A DNA stretch of 64,000 nucleotides from Fistulifera solaris (lineage: Eukaryota): assembly GCA_030295235.1 (NCBI GenBank), contig AP026123.1, forward strand, positions 1,116,001 to 1,180,000, read 5' to 3'. Within the stretch, counting starts at the first letter, position 1. Each line of letters starts with the position of its first letter. The notes under the pieces are model-generated. The model saw only the letters and a list, made by a program, of their open reading frames with translations, searched no databases and had not been told where the DNA came from. Positions 48,246-59,725 of this stretch are shown piece by piece. The position numbers and the translations under genes are program-made.

Positions 48246-50055
48246 CATTTTTACGCTTCCCAAAAAAGACGAAATCGGCGCTTATCCTGCTCTTCCGACA
48301 TAGACTTTGCTTCTAAGAAACTTGTATCTTCCGGACTTGCAACTGTTTGCATACTAGTTGGGGAGTCGAACTTTGGTTGGTCTGAGTCATTTTGTCGAAC
48401 AGGTGAGCTCGGTTGGGAGTTCACGTTCCGGTTGAGCAAAGTCCTTGCATTAATCTCATACCCTTCTTCGGAAACTCCCCCAAGAGTAGGTCGAAGGGGT
48501 CCAACATAGCGCATAAAGGTTAATTCAACAGAAGCAATTTTGTCTCGAACAAGCGCAGCAACGTCACCGACGGTCATGTTGATTGCACTTTTCCCATCAA
48601 TCGCAGCAAGTTGATCTCCTATTTGAACTTTGCCATTGGTAGCGGCGCTTCCTGTGGGCAGAACCTTTGTAACCCAGCAGCCTATGCGGTGCTCCTGAAA
48701 TATTAGCCCCAGCGGCAATTCGAGATCAACAACAGTAAATTTAATATCCCTCGAAAAATCAATCTCGTGTGTATCATCGAACGTACAGCCCCGTAAGCGA
48801 TGCAAAGAACGGGCTGCTTCAATAGCGAGCTCAACGAGCCTCCAGTCTTCTCCTCCAAAGAAGGAGCCAATTCGCTTGATTTCAATGCAGTTGCCGTGTC
48901 TACAGTCCTGCCTGTCGTCGTGTCATTGTTCAATTTGTCATCAGTAGCTTTTGAATCTCCCCCGAGAAATAACTCTGATGCGTAGTCAAACAATTCTCCA
49001 GCTGCGCTCGGACACGTGACGAGTGTTGCGGCCAGACTGTTTTCTGCCTCCTCCGATTCGTCTTTGCTTTTACCACCGTCAAACAGATAGTTCCATACGC
49101 TAGATATCGGATCCTGCCCATCCCCTTCTTTGGCCAACGCTGTATCATCACCCCCCTGATGATTGTCGCTGGTGTTTGGCGTGTCGATCGCCAATCGATC
49201 GTTCGTTGCGCCCGTCCTTTTCCCATCGTTACCGAGCAAAAGTATATCTTTGATTAAATCGTCCACTTCACTTTCTGCTGATTTTGAGTAAGAAGATTGA
49301 ATGGTTTGATATTCTTGCGTTGTTGAAGTATCTAATCCGCCGTCCGGATTGCTACTAGGATGAGCAGTAGCTTTGCGGCTACTCAATGATCCCATCGTGT
49401 TGGATGCTGTCGATGATTCTTGTCTTTCTTCAAAGTCAAACAAGCTGTCGTCGTCCTTTTCGCCCTTCTTGTCAACCCCTCCTTGTGATACCTTTTCCAT
49501 ATTCCTTTCATTTTGTGCTGGAGCCCCATCTATACTCGATTCGTCCAAGTCTTTCAAAAAATCATTTGATTCAATTCGTTTCGGAGCTGCGATTCGAGGA
49601 CCAGGAAGATAAAATCGATCGACGGGCACTTTGGTGATTTCAGCATGGGTGGCCTTTGTTTCTGTTTCTGTGACGTTTCTTTCATCGAACGGGATTTCAT
49701 CACCAGATTCATGACTTACAGCTCCTATAGAGACATTTGTTTGAATCAAACGACTCTCTTTCATCAGCAAAGCGGACGGTTTCTCAGCGCCGACATCTTC
49801 CTCAAACTCTTCTAGCTTCCGTGGATGTAACGTTTGTTGTTGTTGTCCTCCGGGGGCCATGTGAGACATCGGACTCGAGTCATTGCTCTGTGGTGTGAGA
49901 ACCTTCGTCGGCGGTGCGTCGAAAGGGCCATCTTCTTCGTCGTATTGCAAGGGAGCCTCGGCGGCCGTGAGAACGTCCAAGCTCGCAGTTTGCGGTCGAA
50001 AGGATGATTTGTCGTACGAGTCGCTACGAACTCGACCAGGAGGATCGGGTTGCAT
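48246..50055 (-). CDS. PDZ-domain protein with long disordered N-terminus; frameshift(s) near 48810-48845
   Basis: LPLGLIFQE...CWVTKVLPTGSAA..G.VQIGDQLAAIDG. Confidence 0.75.
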
Positions 50056-50482
50056 TTTCAATTATTATTTTAGTATTTACTTTGGCTTATCGATAGGCTT
50101 GGAAAACTGCATGTCATTTGACGACAATGAAACGTTGCTGGAATAGGCGAAGAGTTTTGCGTTGTGCGACGAGTGCGTTTTGCGAAAAGCGACGGACGAG
50201 TTTTTGACGGCCGTTGAGCAATTGGTCTTCCTCTAATTACATCTTCCAGTGGTACTCGAAGTTTTAATGAAGGACGAGACGAGACTACTCTATACCCTAG
50301 TACGATTTCTTCAACGGAAAATGCTTTTGGATACTTACGCCAACCTTAACCTTATGGGGTTGAAACAGGGTCATGCGGTTTGAAAGGTTGCGCCTTATAC
50401 CTCGCTGGTATTGTTGCACTTGAAAGGCAATTCGTATGAAATGATCACAAATATTTGTGTGCGCATTGCATAGCTCTCAACT

Positions 50483-51647
50483 ATGACGGCATTGATTGTG
50501 CAACAGTATACAAGCGTTGATCTTGCGGAAGTATGGAGGTCTTCCTATCGGAAAGCCATGGGGATATCGGATGTACGAGCGTCAAAGCCGAAAAGAACAT
50601 CGTCGATCCGCATTACCAACTTAATGCGTTGCCACAGGGATCATGAAGAGGATACAGAAATTTTTCCTGACAAATGGATGAATACTGCACTAGAAATTCA
50701 AAAAAATATTGAGGAAATGGCTCGATGGATTCGTCAAAAAAGACCCGAATATTGTGACGTTCACATGTCCGACACGGAGGCTTCGCTCATTCAATCCACG
50801 ATCATGGCATTTACTGCTACAACTGCTACCGAGATTGAATCCCTAAGAGGATTGATTGATCCGCGGCAATCCGAACAACGTACACATCATCAAACGTCGA
50901 TTGTTCAGATTTTGTTGGGGCGATTGAAGGAAGAAATTGCCGAACCCTTTGGGAAAATGCAAAAGCTTCGGACGCGGGCTGCTGTTCGATTATGGCAGCA
51001 CCCTTTGGAATGCAAGCTTTTTGATTCGAGTCATCGATTTAGCCCAAAACGGCCTCCCCATAAGTTACAGTTTGATTTCATCAGCGCTTACGAAGACGAC
51101 GAAGTAATTGTGGATAAGCCCAAGACGGGCATCGTATTTGGCAGCCAACCCGCAAGGAGGCGAGAAAAAGGTAACACGGCTGATCGAGCTTCTGAAGATA
51201 CTGATACTCTGTCATCCTCGAAAAATGTTCGTTTCGACATAGATCAGCAACAGAACACGAAGATGCCGTATCAACAAGATCATGATTCACAGGTGCAGTT
51301 GGAGGATCCTTACGTAACTTCTGCCTCTGCAGTATCACACGAGCTTCAACAAGAAGCATTACTTTTGACCGCATCTTTGCAAGGAGAACTTGATAGTGTT
51401 CAGCAAATGGAGCACATGATGGTCGACATTACAACCCTTTGTCTCAATTTGCCGAATTGGTTGCCGAGCAACAAGAAGATGTCTTTGAAATCCGAGATGC
51501 TTCGGCATCGGCCAAGCAAAATGTAGAATCTGGTGAAGAAGAACTTCTCAAGGCGCGAGAACGAACGGATCAGTCAAGTCACTACATGGCGAAAGGCATT
51601 TTCGGCATGGCTCTTTGCTTTTATTCTTTAACTGGATTCGCGATTAA
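50483..51647 (+). CDS. Qa-SNARE, syntaxin-18/Ufe1/SYP8-like; frameshifts near 51438 and 51615
   Basis: SNARE motif ..SQFAELVAEQQEDV..I......NV..G.EEL..A; C-terminal TM ending FFNWIRD in the corrected frame; MSDTE.S.I in the N-terminal part. Confidence 0.8.
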
Positions 51648-51997
51648 CGATAACAAATATTCTTTTAGACAGTTTTACGAAAAAACTTTTATTCGCAAAT
51701 TTTAAATCAGTTGAAAGTTAGGCATTGGGTCTCATTTCAAATCGCGGATTATAGACTCGCCCTAACCGATGCGGGAATCATTTGGATCGCGGACTTCCAC
51801 GTTGCAAAAAGCCACGTGTAGGCTACGCACATTCAGTACTGCTTTTAACGTACAAGTACGTGTTGTTTTTACGCAAGACCTGCGCAAGAGATGGTTGAGC
51901 GACGACATGCAAACAATAATAACATACGATCACTTCAACATCTTCGAGTAGCTTCTGTTATACAGTTGTTCATTTTCAAACACATTAGTTTCTAACA

Positions 51998-52738
51998 ATG
52001 AAATTTACAGCTCAATTACTTGCTTTGGCATCCTTGGTCGTGGCTTCTACGGGAAGACGCGTGCCGTTCATTAGTGATGCTCCGTTGGTTCGCACGATGG
52101 ACTCGGTTTTGGGAATGCGCGGTGGAATGCAGCTCTTTGTCAAGACGCTCACCGGCAAGACTGTTTCTGTGGAAGTAGAGGAAGGAGAATCTATCGAGGA
52201 AGTGAAAGCGAAGATTGCTGAGAAAGAAGGCATTCCTCCTGAGCAACAGCGTCTTATTTTCGGGGGACAGCAATTGCAGGACGGGAAAACCCTAGGCGAT
52301 TATGATGTTGGAGACGATGCCACTCTTCACCTTGTTCTCCGATTGCGTGGAGGGTCAATTTTGGGTAAAGGGGCTTTTGCTGTGGATGAAGAATTTGTGA
52401 AAAAACACCTTCAAAACCGCTTAACTGCCGAAGACAGGGCTCTCATGAATGCATTCATAGCTACCAGCACAGCAGAAAAAGAAGAAAGTGCTGCTTCGGA
52501 AGAAACAACGGTCCGACGAGCTCTTTTTCGTATTGGAAGAGTACCCCGCAAAATTGATAGCCCAGCGGAAGATGCCCTTTATGCCGCAAGTCCGAAAGCA
52601 GGAGAGTTCGATTACAAAGGCAGACTCCTGCAGACAGATGGCACAGGTAGAACGACAAAGCTTACGAAGCTTTTTAAGCGTCGTGATAACGAAAATAAGC
52701 TGTTTGGTGCAATTAAGCGCATGCGCTTAGACCGATAA
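51998..52738 (+). CDS. Ubiquitin-like protein with signal/transit leader and C-terminal extension (candidate SELMA symbiont-type ubiquitin)
   Basis: Signal peptide, then [15 protein letters not shown]...[10 protein letters not shown]| followed by about 127 aa. Confidence 0.88.
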   Translation: MKFTAQLLALASLVVASTGRRVPFISDAPLVRTMDSVLGMRGGMQLFVKTLTGKTVSVEVEEGESIEEVKAKIAEKEGIPPEQQRLIFGGQQLQDGKTLGDYDVGDDATLHLVLRLRGGSILGKGAFAVDEEFVKKHLQNRLTAEDRALMNAFIATSTAEKEESAASEETTVRRALFRIGRVPRKIDSPAEDALYAASPKAGEFDYKGRLLQTDGTGRTTKLTKLFKRRDNENKLFGAIKRMRLDR

Positions 52739-52905
52739 GCTTCAAGATCATGACGTAGTAATTCTTGTGTTATCTTTGAAAAGAACTGCCTACGTACGTA
52801 GAAAAATGCTTTTAAAAAAATTGACTAGTCTAGAGCTCACAACTTAAAAAAAAAGCCTTTTGCCTAAGGCAAAAAATATTAGATTAGTAAAGGTTACGCT
52901 TTGTG

Positions 52906-53615
52906 CTCTGTCGATAAATTTCCTATGGCGGTTGCGTAAAAATGCGTTGACACTAGAAACGTTGTATCTTTTTACTGTTTCATGTTTCAATGTCAAATCA
53001 AAGTTGATTATTGTTTCATGGCTCGCATTAACGATGCTCGGCAATATATGTCAGCATTGGTGTCCAAAAGAAGCTATCTATGGTTTGATAGAAAATACTC
53101 CGTACACAATGTCCGGGCTTTCCACTGCCGATAGCCGATAGATTTCCCTACGATAGCTACGTGAGATCACGTACACATTCGAAGCGTCGCATCATCTGTT
53201 CCATCAACGTTCTCTTTCCAAATCGATGGCGATTATTGCTTGTTAATACGACGAGAATACGGGGGGCAAACAAACGTTGACATCCTTGTGCTGTGCATAC
53301 AATAAATAGATGAAGGCGAAAAACACAATATCCGGGTCTTCCCTCTGTCGATAAATTTCCTACGAGAGCTACGTGAAATCACGTAGACATTCGAAGCGTC
53401 GCATCATCTGTTCCATCAACGTTCTCTTTCCAAATCGATGGCGATTATTGTTTGTTAATACGACGCGAATACGGGGGGGGGCAAACAAACGTTGACATCC
53501 TTGTGCTGTGCATACAATAAATAGATGAAGGCGAAAAACACAATATCCGGGTCTTCCCTCTGTCGATAAATTTCCCTACGAGAGCTACGTGAAATCACGT
53601 AGACATTCGAAGCGT
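52906..53615. repeat. Second array of the 213-bp repeat family, inverted relative to 18.5-20.1 kb (about 3.3 units)
   Basis: Reverse complement of the same core: ctctgtcgataaatttcc(c)tacgagagctacgtgaaatcacgtagacattcgaagcgt; spacing 212-225 bp. Confidence 0.92.
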
Positions 53616-53910
53616 TTCATTTATTCAAGCGGTTGATGTATTGCAGTCCATGAAGGTGAAAGCGTTTAAATTTCAAAGAGACAATGTCTCCTGCATTGGA
53701 TCCAATCATTATCACATCGATAAAATATCTCCGCCGTACAGGCGTCAACGACAATTGCATTGCCTTTGATCGTGATCGAAGGGACTGAAATTGAGTCGCG
53801 ATTTGCTCGCACGCACACACGCACACACCGCCGCACTTATTACGAAACCTTACCAGGTATTTTGCGCTCAAACAATAATAATGATATTATGGTAATATAA
53901 AATCATTTCC

Positions 53911-55103
53911 ATGATGAAACTAAAATTATACGTTCCGTTGTTTGCTACGTTGACCCATTCTACAGAGGGCTGGGCTGCTATCGGCTACGCGACAATACGC
54001 CGGCAAGCAACTTCTCGCCCTTTGCGTCTACAGAGTTCAAAATCAGAAAATATCGACCTTGAAGTGCTCAAGAAAGAGCTATCCGAATACCTTGAGAAGA
54101 GAAAAGAATTATCAGCTGACGAGCTGGCAAAGGAGTAAGTCTGCCTCGATGCAATTTGTCTTACGGCGACTACATAAATTTTCTTCTTTCTCGTTTACTA
54201 ATTCTTTCTTAAGAATTGTCGGCAAGACAATCGGCGGCACGAAAGGAAACCCAATCTTAGAATTCGTTAGCGCTGCTCCGAATAAAGGTTTCGTTATTGA
54301 GGCACCCCTAATCCTTTTGATTACGATGAGTTGACAAAATACGGTTACGGTCACTTAGCAACACCAATCATGAAAGCCGGGGGACGATTTGCGATGTACG
54401 AACTTTTGGAAATGAAAGCGCCGCCAGTAACCAGCAAACCCAAGCCAAAAGCGGCACCAAAACTTGTCATCGATCGGACGGGTGAAACTGATAAAGCTCG
54501 CTACTCAGGTCTGAAATTAGGTCAAGTACTTGACGATTCACTTCAAGCCGAAGCATTACAAGCAGTGCAAAAGAAAATTGAGGCAGGAGAAGACCTTCGC
54601 CCTAAACTTGAGGAAGAGCTGTTTGAACGCCCTTTTGCTGATCGACGCAATGTTGGCCCACAACTCACCCCAGACTGGACGCCCGAGAGATTAGACGAAT
54701 GGGGTAAACAACAAGGAAAAGCTCTGGCTTGGGCGAGAAAAGCACGGGAGGGACAATTCGTGAAAGATCCATTTGAATCACTCGATTTAGAGCTTTCCCA
54801 ACGAATGTACTCCTTATTGACGGCCCTTCTCATATCAATGGCGTTTGGTCGATCGACTCAGACAATGTTAGCCGATAACGATGTTTCGTTGTCGGTGGAA
54901 ATTTTCGAGCACCCGCTGTCGTGCTTTTGATCGCCTCTGTTGTATCAAGCGTTCTCTCTAGCGTACAAGCGGGATCGCTGAACCGAAATCGATTAATCTG
55001 GTTTATTAAAGGGCTGCTAGGAGGACCATTGACCGTCAAACAGCTGGGCGGACTTTCCAACCTTTTGACAGAAGCCGAGACGAATGCAATCGCTAACAAA
55101 TGA
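53911..55103 (+). CDS. Hypothetical plastid-type membrane protein; intron 54135-54213; frameshifts near 54307 and 54925
   Basis: Leader ..STEG-W; contiguous ORFs; C-terminal TM segments and W.IKGLLGGPL. Confidence 0.7.
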
Positions 55104-55362
55104 ATGTAATCTGTCTACTTGCAATACCACTAGTGATTGACCTAGTTACAATGACAAGACAACTAATGGCAAGATGTTCTTTTAAAATCATAAAGCATGT
55201 TGTGAACTTTAACTAAAGCTAAGCGGCGCGTGTGCATATGTGCATTATTTACATGATCGGGTGGTATGTACAGTAAATCACCCTTGCGCCCCAAAAATTG
55301 TTGAAGAAAGTATTTACAATGATCACGCAGTCATAAAGGACCGTGATCGGGTATGTTCAGGC

Positions 55363-55863
55363 TTATGTGCAAGCAGAAGTAGTCATCATAGCAAAGATGT
55401 TGGAAACATCTCGCATCTCATGTGGGCCATGATGAAAGCGCGACATGAGTGGTTCGGGTGTCTTGTAAACGTGTTGGTACATCGCATCTTTCAAGCTGTA
55501 ATCTACGGTGTAGCCTGGAAAATGTTTGCTTTTGCTCATGAATGTGTTGGACGAATTGGTGGTGGAATCTGAAGTATTGGACCCAAGCAACTCGATCTGA
55601 AGCTCAATGCTTTCGTTGGCGAAAGCAAGAGCCTCCTCGAGAGCTGCAGTAGCCGGTTGCTCCGAAATAGACACGTTAGCAACGTAAGGAATCTCTTCTT
55701 CGGTCAAAGAACTCGCTGTTGAAAGCTTAATCCTTTTGACCGAGTCGAGATCCGACGATGCCGGCATCCATTCAGCTTCGTCGAAATCCCAGTCACCGAG
55801 AGAATTCAGGGTGGCTAGATTCGAGCAGGGCATTGAGCGCTTGAGTCCATTACAGAGACGCAT
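55363..55863 (-). CDS. Hypothetical protein
   Basis: 166-aa ORF from ATG with protein-like composition; no family recognised. Confidence 0.55.
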   Translation of the reverse strand: MRLCNGLKRSMPCSNLATLNSLGDWDFDEAEWMPASSDLDSVKRIKLSTASSLTEEEIPYVANVSISEQPATAALEEALAFANESIELQIELLGSNTSDSTTNSSNTFMSKSKHFPGYTVDYSLKDAMYQHVYKTPEPLMSRFHHGPHEMRDVSNIFAMMTTSACT

Positions 55864-57125
55864 TTTAATCTTTCTATCATTCAAAATTGGAATTGTGTGA
55901 GGACAATGTATCCTCTTTGTCGGACTCTACGAACAGCGTCGGAGTTCATCTGTTTTCCAGTGAACTATTGTTTCCGTAACAAGAAGCGTTTCGAACCGAC
56001 GATAGGTCGTGTTCTGTTCTTCTTGTGTTCGCTGTTGTTGCTTTCTGAAACGTACGATCCTGACGCATGAACTGCAACCGAAACTTCTGACTTTCAGAAA
56101 CATCGATTTTTGTTACGCTTTACAACGCATGACCTTGTCGCGTTCAAAATGTACTGGACATTACGTCGAGACTTAATCTCGACTACCATACCCGTTTACT
56201 CGTGACTGAAGATATGTTTACCATTTCTGAGTGAAACGGCGATACGTTTCTGAAAACGTAAGAATGACGAAATAGAAACAAGCTACCAAAGAAGGATCGT
56301 GGATGTCGATGGAATTAAGGAATTCGTGCGATAGAACAAGCAGATGTCCGAATTTCCGACTGCAGATCGACGTTGTGTTTTGTGTCAACTGTCAAATTTA
56401 TACACGACGCGAAGAAAGCGAGACAACACTTGCTCAGCAAACAAGAAATACAGCGTGGGTCGAAGCTCCAAGAACATAACTAAGGATAATTATACCGGAC
56501 CAAACAGAAAAACACAGAACACAGCCTGCTTCTTTTCTCCGGAAACTGCGAATGCACACATCGTCCTTATCGTTCATTTGGGAGCATTCCTCATCTATCA
56601 TCTTTAGTACCGTCTTGGCATTCAACACGACCTACGATTTACGGTTACGGCCAATGAACAACCTGATTGGCATCAACACAAATACAAGACAGAAGGGAAT
56701 GGGAGAAGATTTGAGGAAGGATAATCCCTACCCTCTATCGCTATTCGTCCCTCTCTCTAGCTAGTCTCGCCCGAGAAAAGGGCACATTTTGTGGCAAACT
56801 TTTCGCAGGTGATAAATTCGAGAGATTTGAGACGATGGATTCTATGTATTTACTAGCCACTAGCCGGTGATTAGCGATTGGCTTTCTATTCAGGGATCGG
56901 GCGAGAATTAGTGTCGTGTTGTCCAAAGTCAAGAACATAAAATTTTTACAGCGAGCTAGAATGCTGCAAGTATTAGTAGAACCAGTCTAGAGACACTTTC
57001 CGGCAATGTCTTCTTCGACAGTTTCACTAGTCTAACCCTAGCCGAAGTTCGTTGAATACAACGAAGTAAGTAGTAAGTCATCTAGTAAGGCAATTAGCTC
57101 TAAGATGTTTTAAGACTAAACAAGA

Positions 57126-57194
57126 TACCGTGATTATTAAATTCTTGCGGAGTATTTCAAGGTACCGTGATTATTAAATTCTTACGGAGTATTT
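57126..57194. repeat. 37-bp direct tandem duplication
   Basis: taccgtgattattaaattctt(g/a)cggagtattt twice. Confidence 0.9.
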
Positions 57195-57362
57195 GTTATC
57201 GGATTAGACCTCTCTAGTTGGTCGTCATTCGTCATTCATCGCCCATTCTCTAATCCTATGTCCAGAGTGGTGCGGCGACAACTTACCTGGTACCTAGAGT
57301 GGTACCTTAGCTGTTATTCATGAGTCAGGAGTCATGACCGTGAGAGACGCATGAGAATGAGA

Positions 57363-57430
57363 TCACGTGTCACGTGTCACCGGCAAGGTCACCGGTCACC
57401 GGTCACCGGTCACCGGTCACCGGTCACCGG
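57363..57430. repeat. Heptamer microsatellites (TCACGTG)2.5 and (GGTCACC)6
   Basis: Read directly from the sequence. Confidence 0.92.
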
Positions 57431-57667
57431 AAAAGGTTAACGTTTCGCGTTTCGCCAAAGATGTTTCACGTTTCATGTGCATTGAAAATTGAAAGTGACA
57501 ACTGACAACCGACAACCGGCACACTGTAGACTGTAGTAGTAACGGAAAACGGATATGACGTGTTGCATTTCGAGTATCATTCGAAATGTAGTATTCAGAA
57601 ACAAAGAACAAGGATACGCAGACTGTACAAAAAGGTCATTAGACATTAGACAAAGTTACATACAGTA

Positions 57668-58169
57668 CCAGTGAAAAACTACTTCTACACGTTCGTACTA
57701 CTTTTACACACAAATTTTCAACAATCTTTTTTACCCAATTTTCGAAAAACAAGAACATGTCCGTTAGACCAATAAAGATAACCCATAAATAGACAATTCT
57801 ATGCCGGTCACATAATGCCACGGATTATTTTTAGACGACAGGTATTCGTTGAGATACGACGCTTCGAAAATGATGCCCCCAAAATTATCAAAAAGATTGT
57901 TGAAAGATTGTTGAATTTTTCGACGTAGAAAAATGTACTAGGCGCTACGTACGACTACTTTTACACATTCCCCCCAAAACAGTCTCTTTTCGAATTGAGA
58001 TCTTGGCGTGTTAACCGTGACGAATTGCTTCTTTTTATGTTCAGTTGAGGGATTTAGCCTTTTCTTCATTTTCGGGAAAAAGAAATTTTGTCGAAAAGCC
58101 GATTTTTTGTGATGAAAGGGGACCGTTTACATTGTTGAAAATGAGTGTGTAAAAGTAGTTTTTCACTGG
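57668..58169. mobile_element. MITE-like non-autonomous DNA transposon (Tc1/mariner-type TA target site)
   Basis: TA|CCAGTGAAAAACTACTT...AAGTAGTTTTTCACTGG|TA; inverted repeat continues (ttacaca..attttcaacaat); 502 bp, AT-rich, no credible ORF. Confidence 0.75.
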
Positions 58170-58652
58170 TACTTGAAGCACTTGGGACTTGGGACGTGGG
58201 AAGTGGGAATGCGAAGAACAAAGAACAAAGTACAGTACCTGGTACAGAAAAGAACGCAACTTGTGACCCACACAAAGCTGCCAGCTGCCCATACAGAAGT
58301 GTAATTTTCTGCTCAGGTTATGCTTACTACGTAAGGTTAGAAATGGTATACTTTATATTGGATACTGCGAACGCTTTAATTAAATACAATAAGTGTTAAT
58401 CTTAAAGCAGTTACCCAACAAAATTGTTTTACGGCCCAAATTTGCGTGCAACGCAAGCAGTTTTCTTCGAGCTTTCCCCGCAAACTGCCGCAATCAATCG
58501 TTTCAGGTTTCAGAAGACCGCATCGTGGGAAATAAAACCGAAAAGGGAAGCAAAAGTAACATTATCGTTTTTGACATTGTAAAAAAAGCAACTGAAAGGA
58601 AAAGTGAAGTTTGCTATTATTGACTGTGAGATCCGCAAACAAACAATCGACC

Positions 58653-59211
58653 ATGACGCCGCCGCAATCCATATTAAAAGACACCAACAATTCATACGAT
58701 GTGGCGACTGGCCATTCCTTCAATGCTGTATGTTGGGGTGATTTGACAATATACGAGTTTCCTAATATACTGGGCGACAATCCAGCTGTTCAGGAGGGCG
58801 CTCCTTTGACAATCGCTTGGAAGCACAGCGATATAAGTGTTGTAACTGTTGATCATCACGAATTCATGCGACAGAGCAAACCTTGTCGAAGACGAAAAGA
58901 TCTCGTCTTACCAGGAGGCGTCCGTGACACTTTGTAAGTACTTGTTTATGTATGACCGTAAATGCACGTGATGATAATCAACTAATCTATTCCTCTCTCT
59001 CAGTTTACTCGGAGAAGGATACCGACTCGACGAACTTCTCAAAACTGCTGAAGAAGTGAGGAGAATTCGGGATAGTCGACGGTCCAACATGAAGGGAAAG
59101 TGGGACAAGTTTCTCTCTGTCATCGATGGAGCAGCGGCGCCTTTTCGCGCCAAGGAAACCAAGAAAAAGATTGTTTTAAAACCCAGAATTGTAGCTTCCA
59201 AGGCTGGCTAA
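58653..59211 (+). CDS. Diatom-type hypothetical protein (LGDNP family); intron 58934-59003
   Basis: VCWGDLTIYEFPNILGDNPAV..GAPLTIAW; clean in-frame GT-AG splice. Confidence 0.8.
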
Positions 59212-59725
59212 AGTAAGAGTCATTGAGCTAACGACTTCATAACCATGAAATTTTAACATAAGATCAGATTTCATATTATACTTGATTTCTTCCATGTTGG
59301 GTTCCTAGATCAGCTCACCATTTGAAAGAATAGAAAAGCGAGGAATTGTAGAGACGGATACCAAGTTACGTCCTTAATACCGAGGAGAGCTAGTGCTAGT
59401 TTCTTTATTGACAGTCAATAAATTATAGCGTGCATGAACTGCGCTCGCCTTTCTTGCAACACTTTAGCGAACAGCAAGTTGTCGCTTGGCTACTTCCAGA
59501 ATGGAGGGCGCGTTAGCTTTTCACGAAAGCACGGGAACGCTCTTGTCACGCGATCGACATGCAACACTCAAACCACGACCAAAAGTGACTTGTTCTTCGG
59601 ACACGTATAGTCCTCACGTTTTTTTTTCGGTGAATTATTTTCTTTGCCCTATTGTTCAAGAAAGCTCGTTGTCACAAAATTCGAAGTTTCTAATAAAACA
59701 CAAGTGAGCTTGCCGCAAGTCTAGC

